Positions 40,665 through 48,815 of a DNA stretch of 64,000 bases are shown here, one piece after another. Location: assembly GCA_028289065.1 (NCBI GenBank), contig JAQGHA010000016.1, positions 77,460 through 141,459 on the forward strand, written 5' to 3'. The first letter of the stretch is position 1; every line of letters begins with the position of its first letter. This DNA comes from Candidatus Saccharimonadota bacterium. Its GTDB lineage: Bacteria > Patescibacteriota > Saccharimonadia > Saccharimonadales > Saccharimonadaceae. A model generated the notes under the pieces. It was not told the DNA's origin. It saw only the letters and a list, made by a program, of their open reading frames with translations, and searched no databases. The position numbers and the translations under genes are program-made.

Positions 40665-40976
40665 CTACATGTTGACGTAGTCGGGGAGACGGGTGTACTC
40701 GTCAATGCCGGCAGCGAAGTCGGCGACCGCGAGCCAGTACAGCATGACGAGATCGTCCGGGTAGGAAGCGTCGACTTCGTCGACGCCTGAACAGGGTTGG
40801 TCGTTCATGCGAAAGACCAGCTCGTCGGCGTTGACCAGGATGAAGTCGTACTGACCCTCCGCCTCGGAGTCCGGCTCGCACAGCTTGATGACGGCCCGAT
40901 GGCCATCCTCGAAGTGGTACGTGTCGACGTCATTCTCTGACGTAAAGGATTTGACGACGGGTGTTATGTCTGACAT
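40665..40976 (-). CDS. GC-rich acidic orphan protein U4 (103 aa)
   Basis: SD GAGGAGG, hairpin leader, TTTACG-17-TATTCT promoter. Confidence 0.8.
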   Translation of the reverse strand: MSDITPVVKSFTSENDVDTYHFEDGHRAVIKLCEPDSEAEGQYDFILVNADELVFRMNDQPCSGVDEVDASYPDDLVMLYWLAVADFAAGIDEYTRLPDYVNM

Positions 40977-41213
40977 ACAGCCTCCTCGGTCACTGTAGAA
41001 ACCTACAGTACGTCCACCATGGACGATAAAGAAAAGAATACCATAATTATGAATATTCGTAAATGCTCTTATGAGCGGTAAAAATTACGTTCATAACTGT
41101 CAACTATAAATATTCCACCATTTACATTTTGTAAAAAAAATTGTATAATCTTTTTTATGTCACATGGTGTGACGTGTAGCTGATAGGGCTACTGGTGGGA
41201 AGAGGGTAGTAAC

Positions 41214-41906
41214 ATGAGTACCAACACCGAAACGATCGAGGACTTCGTTCCCCACATCTACAAGTCCGAAGACGGCACCAACAGGTTCACCGTCGAGGTC
41301 GAACCAAACTACGGCATCGGCAACGACATCCTCGTCAAGCGTCTGCTCGGCTACGTGCAGGACGGGGTCGTGCTCGCCATCGTCGACTTCATCCTCGACG
41401 ACGACAGCATCGACGACGACGGCAAGAACCTGACGTTCGCGGCGTACTACATCGATGGCGTGCCTCACCCCGAGTACTTCGAGAACCTCTCGGTGATCGA
41501 CGTCGCTCAGATGTTGAACCAGGAGGTTTTCGTTGACCTCATCGGCCTCAAGCGGGACGTCCAGTTGTGGCGGGTCGTGGACATGCGTGAGAGTCGGACC
41601 GGACACGACTACTTCGTCGCGGTTCCCAAGGACGGCGACAGTGTTCGTTTCGAGTTGGCGCCGTACGTCTGGGTCGAGCCGGACATGCCTCCCACGGTGC
41701 TGAACTACAACGAGCTGCTCACGCTCGTGACGGATCCGCCCTTCGGACCCACTCTCTGGTACGTCGATCACCTCCTCGATCAGGACGAGGTGATGACCTG
41801 GGACGAGTTCTACTCGACGGGTCACCGTCTGATGATCGAGGACTACTCACGATCCAGCGACGAGAAGGCCTCCGAGGAGTTGGTATCAGAAGCCAGCGCC
41901 GAGTGA
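41214..41906 (+). CDS. GC-rich acidic orphan protein U5 (230 aa)
   Basis: 24 of first 29 non-Met codons end in G/C; TTTACA-17-TATAAT promoter. Confidence 0.82.
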   Translation: MSTNTETIEDFVPHIYKSEDGTNRFTVEVEPNYGIGNDILVKRLLGYVQDGVVLAIVDFILDDDSIDDDGKNLTFAAYYIDGVPHPEYFENLSVIDVAQMLNQEVFVDLIGLKRDVQLWRVVDMRESRTGHDYFVAVPKDGDSVRFELAPYVWVEPDMPPTVLNYNELLTLVTDPPFGPTLWYVDHLLDQDEVMTWDEFYSTGHRLMIEDYSRSSDEKASEELVSEASAE

Positions 41907-41928
41907 GCTATCGCTAGCACCATGCGAT

Positions 41929-41985
41929 TCGCGTGGGGCCGATCTATCAATCCCGAAAGGGAGAGATTAGATCGGTCCTACGCGA
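41929..41985 (+). terminator. Long hairpin after U5
   Basis: 18-bp stem TCGCGTGGGGCCGATCTA/TAGATCGGTCCTACGCGA plus TCCC-gaaa-GGGA. Confidence 0.75.
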
Positions 41986-42017
41986 GCAACAACACCTTAG
42001 ACACCGAAAAGGTGTTT

Positions 42018-42344
42018 TTATTTTTGTAAAAATATTTCTAATAAGGCCTGAGCGGCAATCTTTTGTTCTGGTTTGTCTGCGTTAGCGCTCAGTAACTCTA
42101 AACCAACTAAGATATCTGCTTTGATAGCAGCTGTCTTGCCGCCTTTAAAGTAGAGATAGAGCTGCTCGGGCTCATCTGGAAAAGCGGCTGCATGTTGCTG
42201 TTGGGTAGTTCGCAAAATTTGTAGTTTTTCAGCCGCAGAAGGGTTTATTCCTATAGTGTCGAGCGCATCAATAGCCGTGTCAAGTTGTATCTTTCCCTTT
42301 AGCTGTAGTTCGTCATCAGATAAAAATTCCATAAAACCTACCAT
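42018..42344 (-). CDS. Hypothetical protein (~104-108 aa)
   Basis: ORF; likelier start 42332, 7 nt after TG-t-TATGGT. Confidence 0.65.
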   Translation of the reverse strand: MVGFMEFLSDDELQLKGKIQLDTAIDALDTIGINPSAAEKLQILRTTQQQHAAAFPDEPEQLYLYFKGGKTAAIKADILVGLELLSANADKPEQKIAAQALLEIFLQK

Positions 42345-42430
42345 AACACATTCGTATAGTATTGAGTGTAGGGAGTATTATTTGACAAATACTCAATAAA
42401 TGTATAATACCCCTAAACGAAAGGTGCGTT

Positions 42431-42868
42431 ATGTTTGAGAATGGTTTTGGTAAAAAAATAGAGGCGCATGAACTTAATGAGCAGGAAAAGGCGGAGTATG
42501 ATTTACTGCATCCACAAGAACAAGCTCCAGTAGGCTATGCTGCTGTGTACGTAAGAAATTATGCTACTGGTGGAGATTTCCTTATACCTAACAAACATAA
42601 CGAATACTCACAATCGGAAACCTACGTAGTCAAAAAGCGGGGATTCACACCACATTTCGAGGTAACCGTAGCCAATGAAGACATAATTCCAATCACCACT
42701 CGAACAATTACAAAAACACTCTTTTCTTCAAATGCACGATTTAAGGCAGCGACCCTACAGGCTATTCATGAGTCATTAGCAGACTTGGCCGCCTATGTAG
42801 ATGCCCAGAACGTACCGGCTGATTTAGAGCACACTTACCGCGATACGACTCGCTTTATGGAACGCTAG
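42431..42868 (+). CDS. Hypothetical protein (145 aa)
   Basis: TG-TATAAT promoter and SD GAAAGG. Confidence 0.7.
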   Translation: MFENGFGKKIEAHELNEQEKAEYDLLHPQEQAPVGYAAVYVRNYATGGDFLIPNKHNEYSQSETYVVKKRGFTPHFEVTVANEDIIPITTRTITKTLFSSNARFKAATLQAIHESLADLAAYVDAQNVPADLEHTYRDTTRFMER

Positions 42869-42883
42869 TCCCTAAAAGTAAAG

Positions 42884-42939
42884 AGGCTCCGCGATGTCAA
42901 CGCAGAATCTCTTTACTTCTTGCGGATATCGCGGAGCCT
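42884..42939. terminator. Long hairpin after U6
   Basis: AGGCTCCGCGATGTC/GATATCGCGGAGCCT outer stem. Confidence 0.75.
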
Positions 42940-42951
42940 GAGCTCTTATGA

Positions 42952-43398
42952 CTAATCGGAGTTCGGAATGATCCGATGGTTGCTGGCTGCCAACATCCAG
43001 GAATCAAGCTTCTTGACGAGCTCGAGGTACTCTTTGGTGTTCCAGTACTCGTTTGCTAGCGAGTAAACGATGTCCCGGGCGCTTTTAAGCTTCAAGAATT
43101 CCGAATTACTCTCGTAGTCGCCAGAGGGATACGCCAGTCGACCTTCGCAGGCCAGCAGCCAGGCGCTGTAGTAGGTAACGGCTCGCTGGATTTCCAGACG
43201 ACGAGTCGAAACTCGTTTGAACATGATCCTGCGAAGTTCGACGATGTCGGCCGCAACATCTGTGGCCAATTTGGCGGCAGCGGTGAAGTTGCCAACCTCG
43301 GTCTGGTGAGCGCATTTTTGAAGATCGCGCTCGATGCGTGCTGTAATGCCTGCTTGAAGTTCGGTGAGCCTTTGCGACGCACTGCTTTCTTTTGCCAT
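42952..43398 (-). CDS. GC-enriched orphan protein U6 (148 aa)
   Basis: TGG-TATAAT, small leader hairpins, SD GGAGG; predicted all-helical. Confidence 0.75.
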   Translation of the reverse strand: MAKESSASQRLTELQAGITARIERDLQKCAHQTEVGNFTAAAKLATDVAADIVELRRIMFKRVSTRRLEIQRAVTYYSAWLLACEGRLAYPSGDYESNSEFLKLKSARDIVYSLANEYWNTKEYLELVKKLDSWMLAASNHRIIPNSD

Positions 43399-43488
43399 GT
43401 CATGCCTCCGGTGGAGTAGTCAAAGAGCGCTCGGATGAGCAGGCTTCATTATACCATAGGAAATAATAAATAGTGAATTTCGTCAATA

Positions 43489-44001
43489 CTAATTTATATG
43501 AGGTTTTGAAATATCAACTTCGATATCGAACCCAAATGATCTATGATCAAGGGCATATTCTTCGCTACCAGCCCTTACGAGTGATTGTCGTGCTTGTTGG
43601 AAACTGATAGGCAATTCAGCAAATTGTTCGGGGTACTCATCGATGGTGCCGTCAGGGGTATCATGAAAGAATTTTACTGCTTGCTCGCCGAACACCCTTT
43701 TTACAATATCAAGCGAATATTCTGACTCTATATGCCCATTAATACTTTCGACTCCTATTTTCTTGGACTCTACGACTAATGCGCGAACCAGCCGTTCGCC
43801 AATACCATGCCCTCGTAGGCCTTTAATTGGCTCAACCCACAAAGTATTAGGCTCAATAACAGTCGGTGCTTCGTCTTTTATCTCGCCACCAAAGGTTGCA
43901 AGGTTGCCTATAGATAAGAACAGCAGTCGCTTGCCTCGGCTCGTGGCCAATTCAGCCCGAATAGGGTCGTAGGAGTAATGAAAATATTCATTGATAATCA
44001 T
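43489..44001 (-). CDS. GNAT family acetyltransferase
   Basis: LWVEP...LRGHGIGERLV acetyl-CoA motif A; TTGACT-17-TATTAT promoter 8 nt before ATG. Confidence 0.65.
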   Translation of the reverse strand: MIINEYFHYSYDPIRAELATSRGKRLLFLSIGNLATFGGEIKDEAPTVIEPNTLWVEPIKGLRGHGIGERLVRALVVESKKIGVESINGHIESEYSLDIVKRVFGEQAVKFFHDTPDGTIDEYPEQFAELPISFQQARQSLVRAGSEEYALDHRSFGFDIEVDISKPHIN

Positions 44002-44096
44002 GAAACGAAATAATACCACAAAAGTGTTATTAAGTCAATAAGTGCTTGGCGGGTCGTGTCTGAAAAGGGTGGGGCAATTTCGTTCAAAATTAAAGA

Positions 44097-44150
44097 CGCC
44101 CCTCGCGGAGCGTCCTCAATTCCCGAGGGAAGAGGAACTCGCAAGGAGCG
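44097..44150 (-). terminator. Long bulged hairpin after U7
   Basis: About 24 pairable positions with small bulges, 20 nt after stop. Confidence 0.65.
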
Positions 44151-44170
44151 TGTGTTGAACGCGGTCCTGC

Positions 44171-44509
44171 CTAGGGAAAGAAGGGCACGTCGATGGTCGG
44201 GTTGGCGATGCGATCCTGCTCATGTAGCATGGCTAAGTTCTCCTCGACCGCACTGCGTAACCGCGCCGGCATATCAGGTACTTGGTCAGTGCTGACGAAG
44301 TGGATGTTCTCCGGGTTGTTGTCTCGGCTGATTGTCCGCAACGTGCGGTTCTTGTCACGGTAGTACATCCTGAAATGATCGTGTGCGACGTTCAGAGAGC
44401 TCACTATGCGCGGTGGAACCCACCAAGAACGCCTGTAGATGAACATCTCCCTTTCAAGCAGTTCGATGCTGCAAGTGACGGTTGTGGAATAAGAAATAAG
44501 GATTTCCAT
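44171..44509 (-). CDS. GC-enriched orphan protein U7 (112 aa)
   Basis: TTGACT-17-TATAAT promoter, SD AGGAGG. Confidence 0.75.
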   Translation of the reverse strand: MEILISYSTTVTCSIELLEREMFIYRRSWWVPPRIVSSLNVAHDHFRMYYRDKNRTLRTISRDNNPENIHFVSTDQVPDMPARLRSAVEENLAMLHEQDRIANPTIDVPFFP

Positions 44510-44629
44510 GATTCCTCCTGTAGGATCTGTAGACGGGTGGGAACTTCAACTACCTTCTGGATGAGGGTGATGATTACATATTATAACAAAAAATAGACTA
44601 AAAGTCAATCTAGTCTATTAATGATATCT

Positions 44630-44707
44630 TGGCGGGCCCGACCGGATTCGAACCGGCGATCTTCTCCGTGACAGGGAGACGTGATAGGCCAGCTTCACTA
44701 CGAGCCC
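44630..44707 (-). tRNA. tRNA-Asp(GTC)
   Basis: Cloverleaf, anticodon loop CT-GTC-AC, G73, CCA. Confidence 0.95.
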
Positions 44708-44865
44708 GTAGGTGATTCTTCCGCGAATACGTGGAAAGCTTATGGCCTATAAGCTCGTACAATCTTAACACCCATCGGGGTTAAATACAAGGTGTACGGT
44801 GAAGGATATTCTAGGTTTTGAACCCCTAAAATGGTATACTTAATCAGTAAAGCGGGGGCGCGCAT

Positions 44866-44941
44866 GCCGTTATAGCTCAGCTGGTAGAGCGGCGCTTTCG
44901 TAAAGCGCAGGCCTCCGGTTCAATCCCGGATAACGGCTCCA
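44866..44941 (+). tRNA. tRNA-Thr(CGT)
   Basis: Cloverleaf, anticodon loop TT-CGT-AA, discriminator T, CCA. Confidence 0.95.
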
Positions 44942-44948
44942 TATTGTT

Positions 44949-45329
44949 ATGCTAAAAGATACCATCACTCATTCATTCAAAGAACTTATTACCAATCGTT
45001 ATTTAACGGTTCTTTCAGTGGTAACTATTATTCTGGCGATTGCCTTTGTTATCTATATTGGCATTGTGGTTCGCCCAAGCGAGCTTCAGCTAGTAACGCA
45101 CTACACAGCCTATGGGGTGACCCACTTATACCGTGACCAGTGGTTTTACCTGCTGAGTTTTGGTGGCTTTGCAGTGATTGTGGCTTTTCTTAACGTCGCT
45201 ATCTCATTAAAGGTGTTTCTTACCAAGGGCCACCCGCTAGCAATTATGTTTGCTTGGTTTGGCGTCGGTATCATGGTTTTTGCTTGGATAACAAGTTTTT
45301 CAATCATAAATGTATGGTCACCACTGTAA
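44949..45329 (+). CDS. Small membrane protein (3 TM)
   Basis: Hydrophobic ORF directly downstream of tRNA-Thr. Confidence 0.75.
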   Translation: MLKDTITHSFKELITNRYLTVLSVVTIILAIAFVIYIGIVVRPSELQLVTHYTAYGVTHLYRDQWFYLLSFGGFAVIVAFLNVAISLKVFLTKGHPLAIMFAWFGVGIMVFAWITSFSIINVWSPL

Positions 45330-45333
45330 CCTT

Positions 45334-47040
45334 ATGATTGACCTCGAACTTCCCCTCGGCAAGCGGACAAAGATGTATCGATTTTTCGAGATGGTGCCGG
45401 CTATTGTAAGCTATGGCGCCTTTGCGTTATTAATTATCCTTTCAATCTTCTCACCACTATTAGCAGCAATTTACTTAATGTTGATTATCATTGTTCTTCT
45501 AGTGCGAGCAACCGGTATTGTGTACCACACGATAGCCGGGCACCAACGGTTGGTGAAAACCCAAGAGCTCAACTGGGCTAAACGCCTCGAAGAACTGGAA
45601 GACCCGGTGGCTTCATACGAAAAACACCAACACGGCCACGATAAAGGCTACGGCATGGTGAGCCATGTTGAAAACCTACGGCTCATTTCAGCTGACCCAG
45701 AATCTTTCCCGAAGCCATCGGAAATGTATAACTTAGTTATTGTTGCAGCCTATAACGAAAGCTACGAAGTTATTGAACCAACAATTAGTTCACTTGTTCA
45801 TGCCACCTATGACCTATCAAAATTAATTGTAGTGTTCGCCTACGAAGAGCGTGGTGGCGATGATATTGAAAAAACCGCCCTACGGTTACAAAAAAAGTTT
45901 GCCAGCAAGTTTAACGACTTTGTAATTGTAAAACACCCCCGTGACTTGCCAAACGAAGTCGTTGGTAAGGGTGGAAACATTACCTATGCCGGTAAATACA
46001 TGCAAAAGTGGGTAGAGGACAAGGAGATTGAGTTCAAAAACGTGCTTATTACCACCTTAGATGCCGACAATCGCCCGCATGCTGGCTACTTTGATTATGC
46101 GACATATGAATATATTGTGAATGAAGACCGTAAACACCTGGCGTTCCAACCAATTGCCCTGTTTTTAAACAATATTTGGGATGTGCCAGCGCCAATGCGT
46201 GTGCTGGCCACCGGTAACACTTTTTGGAACATTATTAGTTCAATGCGCCCACACTTGCTACGAAACTTTGCCTCACACTCTCAACCAATGGATGCTTTGG
46301 TGGAAATGGGCTTTTGGAGCACCCGCACGGTAGTAGAGGATGGCCACCAATTCTGGCGCAGCTATTTCTACTTTAATGGTAATTACTCGGTGCACCCGCT
46401 GTACATCCCAATTTACCAGGATGCCGTACTAGATAACACCTATGCTAAAACCTTCAAAGCTCAATTTATTCAGTTACGACGTTGGATGTATGGTGCTTCG
46501 GATATTCCATTTGTAGCTTCACATATCTTTACTAAAAAACGTACCGTGCCATTTTGGCCGGGCTTTGTGTGGTTTATGCGTAGTTTAGACGGCTACGTTA
46601 CAGCCGCCAGCGTATCAATTATCGTAGCCGTCGGTGGTTGGGTGCCACTACTTATTAACACCCAGGCCTACCGTGATGTCGTCGCTCATCAGTTACCGGA
46701 CACCATTAGCTTATTTCAACGTATCGCGTTAATCGGTATTATTGTGATGGTATTCTTGGCATTTAAACTGTTACCGCCACGTCCAGAACGGTATAAGCGG
46801 ACTCGAACAGTCGGAATGTTGTTGCAGTGGGTATTGATGCCGTTAACCGCAATTGGTTTCTTGTCGTTTGCTGCGTTGAACGCCCAAGCTCGCTTGGCTT
46901 TTGGTAAGTATTTAGTGAAGTTTGATGTGACCAATAAGGCAACTGTTGCTTCAAGGGCGGCATTGAAGGGGAGTGCTGAGCCTAAGGAAGCAATTCGAGT
47001 CAGCGAATTAGATCGCGACGAGCCTAATTTAGTTAAGTAA
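45334..47040 (+). CDS. Processive-type GT2 membrane glycosyltransferase
   Basis: AAYNE, GKGGN, TLDAD, VED, QLRRW (D,D,D,QxxRW), flanking TM helices. Confidence 0.85.
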   Translation: MIDLELPLGKRTKMYRFFEMVPAIVSYGAFALLIILSIFSPLLAAIYLMLIIIVLLVRATGIVYHTIAGHQRLVKTQELNWAKRLEELEDPVASYEKHQHGHDKGYGMVSHVENLRLISADPESFPKPSEMYNLVIVAAYNESYEVIEPTISSLVHATYDLSKLIVVFAYEERGGDDIEKTALRLQKKFASKFNDFVIVKHPRDLPNEVVGKGGNITYAGKYMQKWVEDKEIEFKNVLITTLDADNRPHAGYFDYATYEYIVNEDRKHLAFQPIALFLNNIWDVPAPMRVLATGNTFWNIISSMRPHLLRNFASHSQPMDALVEMGFWSTRTVVEDGHQFWRSYFYFNGNYSVHPLYIPIYQDAVLDNTYAKTFKAQFIQLRRWMYGASDIPFVASHIFTKKRTVPFWPGFVWFMRSLDGYVTAASVSIIVAVGGWVPLLINTQAYRDVVAHQLPDTISLFQRIALIGIIVMVFLAFKLLPPRPERYKRTRTVGMLLQWVLMPLTAIGFLSFAALNAQARLAFGKYLVKFDVTNKATVASRAALKGSAEPKEAIRVSELDRDEPNLVK

Positions 47041-47097
47041 CCCTTTTTAAACACGAGCAATTTACACTTATCACGTTTCGTGGTATTTTTATTTTCT

Positions 47098-47559
47098 ATG
47101 GAACGTATAAAGCCGGATAATGAACGTGTACTTGTGGAGTCTGATATTTCTCTCAAAAATGCTGAGTTTTTAAATTCGCTCAAAGAAATGTTTCCAGCAC
47201 CTATTGATTGGCATGTTGAATATGCAATCATAAACTATCACTTATGCATCGATACATACTGTAGGGGCGGTTCGGTATACGCGATGACCGAGGCTGGTCC
47301 TAAATTGATCCCACTTTTTAATACCCCCGATAAAAGCGTTGATGCGGTGGTTAAAGCAAACCTATCTTCGGAGATAAGTGTGGGTTCGGCTCGTGTACTC
47401 AGTTTATTGGGTGTAGGTGGACGAAACTCCGACACATCAATTATGGACAACATCTTACACAGTTACGACCATATGATACGATCAAAATTCGATGGGCACG
47501 AAATAATAGTTGAACAATCGAGCGGTGAAAAGATACCGCTACAGCTGCTAGAATTTTAA
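47098..47559 (+). CDS. Hypothetical protein
   Basis: ORF; ATG 8 nt after TTTACA-17-TATTTT. Confidence 0.6.
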   Translation: MERIKPDNERVLVESDISLKNAEFLNSLKEMFPAPIDWHVEYAIINYHLCIDTYCRGGSVYAMTEAGPKLIPLFNTPDKSVDAVVKANLSSEISVGSARVLSLLGVGGRNSDTSIMDNILHSYDHMIRSKFDGHEIIVEQSSGEKIPLQLLEF

Positions 47560-47564
47560 TAAAC

Positions 47565-47590
47565 AAAATACTCCCCGAGGGGAGTATTTT
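47565..47590. terminator. Bidirectional terminator
   Basis: AAAATACTCCCC-ga-GGGGAGTATTTT. Confidence 0.8.
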
Positions 47591-47619
47591 AGTGGGTTCT
47601 GTATAACAGAACTAGCGAA

Positions 47620-47745
47620 CTAAATCGTGCGACGACGAACGTCGTACTTGATCTCTTGCAACGTTTTGTCGTACTCGAACCCGAGGGATAAACGTTCTAA
47701 TGCAGAGGTCTTTAATGGGCTAGTGATCTGTTGTTTCTTAACCAT
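47620..47745 (-). CDS. Unannotated 41-aa small protein
   Basis: MVKKQQITSPLKTSALERLSLGFEYDKTLQEIKYDVRRRTI; TTGACA-17-TAATAT 6 nt before ATG; hairpins after stop. Confidence 0.6.
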   Translation of the reverse strand: MVKKQQITSPLKTSALERLSLGFEYDKTLQEIKYDVRRRTI

Positions 47746-47884
47746 GTATTCATATTAGCATAAACACCATTAATTGTCAATGGAACAACCTTTCGCGTGA
47801 AATACCGCCTATGATATACACCGAGGTAAAAGGTACAAAAAATCCCCGTGGATAACTTCCGCAGGGATGTGGGTAAAATGTCTA

Positions 47885-47961
47885 TGGTGGGTCCTAGAGG
47901 ATTCGAACCTCTCACCTCCTCAACGTCAATGAGGCGCTCTAGCCAAATGAGCTAAGGACCC
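47885..47961 (-). tRNA. tRNA-Val(GAC)
   Basis: Cloverleaf, anticodon loop TT-GAC-GT, CCA. Confidence 0.95.
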
Positions 47962-48026
47962 GTAAGGTCAACGACACTGCTGCCGAAGGCTTTATTAGTC
48001 TAGCAAAATAGGGGTGGGGAGGCAAG

Positions 48027-48548
48027 CTAAGGAGAGACTTCAGCTTCTGTATTAGCTTCATAAGGCCTAACAAATAAACAGATTTCATTGGGTAGGTTAT
48101 GGGGTAGGTCACGGAGCTGTTCATTACTGAAGATTCGGTTATGCGTATCTAGGGCTGATTCGTCATCACGAAGACTCCAGCGAGAGTCCCATCCCGGCCC
48201 TGGTTCCATAGGGCCATCATCACCTCCGTCCATGTAGAAAGTATGAGAATAATATTGTCGGTATGTGTACGGAACGTCTTCGTACATTCTTTGGCCTTCT
48301 TTCCATACTAAACGAGAGTAGTAACTGGGGTTTAAGCCGAACTTTACGCCATCACGTTCAAAAATTTGACCAGCTTTAGGGCCTTCGGTTTCAGCCGAAG
48401 TACTTTCTGTACTGGCGCCTTGTGCTGTAACCGGACCTTCGACTAACTTTTGAGCCGCTTCAGTAAATGCGATTTCAAGAGGAGTAGGGGTCTGCCGTAG
48501 TGTTGGAGACTCCGTCGAGTAATTCGTACTGTTTTCATCTTCAAGCAT
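48027..48548 (-). CDS. Hypothetical protein (173 aa)
   Basis: ORF with TG-a-TATACT upstream; low-complexity N-terminus, Tyr-rich core. Confidence 0.65.
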   Translation of the reverse strand: MLEDENSTNYSTESPTLRQTPTPLEIAFTEAAQKLVEGPVTAQGASTESTSAETEGPKAGQIFERDGVKFGLNPSYYSRLVWKEGQRMYEDVPYTYRQYYSHTFYMDGGDDGPMEPGPGWDSRWSLRDDESALDTHNRIFSNEQLRDLPHNLPNEICLFVRPYEANTEAEVSP

Positions 48549-48618
48549 AATTGTAATGCCAGTATATCATTTCAGGGCTAGCGACTATAGTCTATTACGA
48601 CCACCTAACACCATTACA

Positions 48619-48800
48619 TGCTATAATTACTTCAAGTATTGACGCGGCCTAACCATCCGCCGAACTTCGTGGATGTTATCTGTGCGTAAACGGATATCAC
48701 AAGTAAAACGTCCGGTGGAACCGTCTACCCAGTAGACCCGAGACATGCAATTGAAGAGTTTAAGTATATTAAACCCGACATTGCATGTTTCTTTTAATTT
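48619..48800 (+). promoter_or_regulatory. Promoter and T-box-type riboswitch leader of thrS
   Basis: TG-c-TATAAT 48619-27; GTCCGG-[TGGAACC]-GTCTAC-cca-GTAGAC-CCG-a-GAC antiterminator; competing GAGACATGCAA/TTGCATGTTTC stem plus T-rich tract. Confidence 0.7.
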
Positions 48801-48815
48801 AACGAGGAGAGAATA

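Noticed and set aside
41160-41825. 221-aa antisense ORF, and similar shadow ORFs (10583, 13387, 43092, 57094)
   Set aside because: Expected by-products of biased codon usage in the real gene; no promoter/SD or protein-like features
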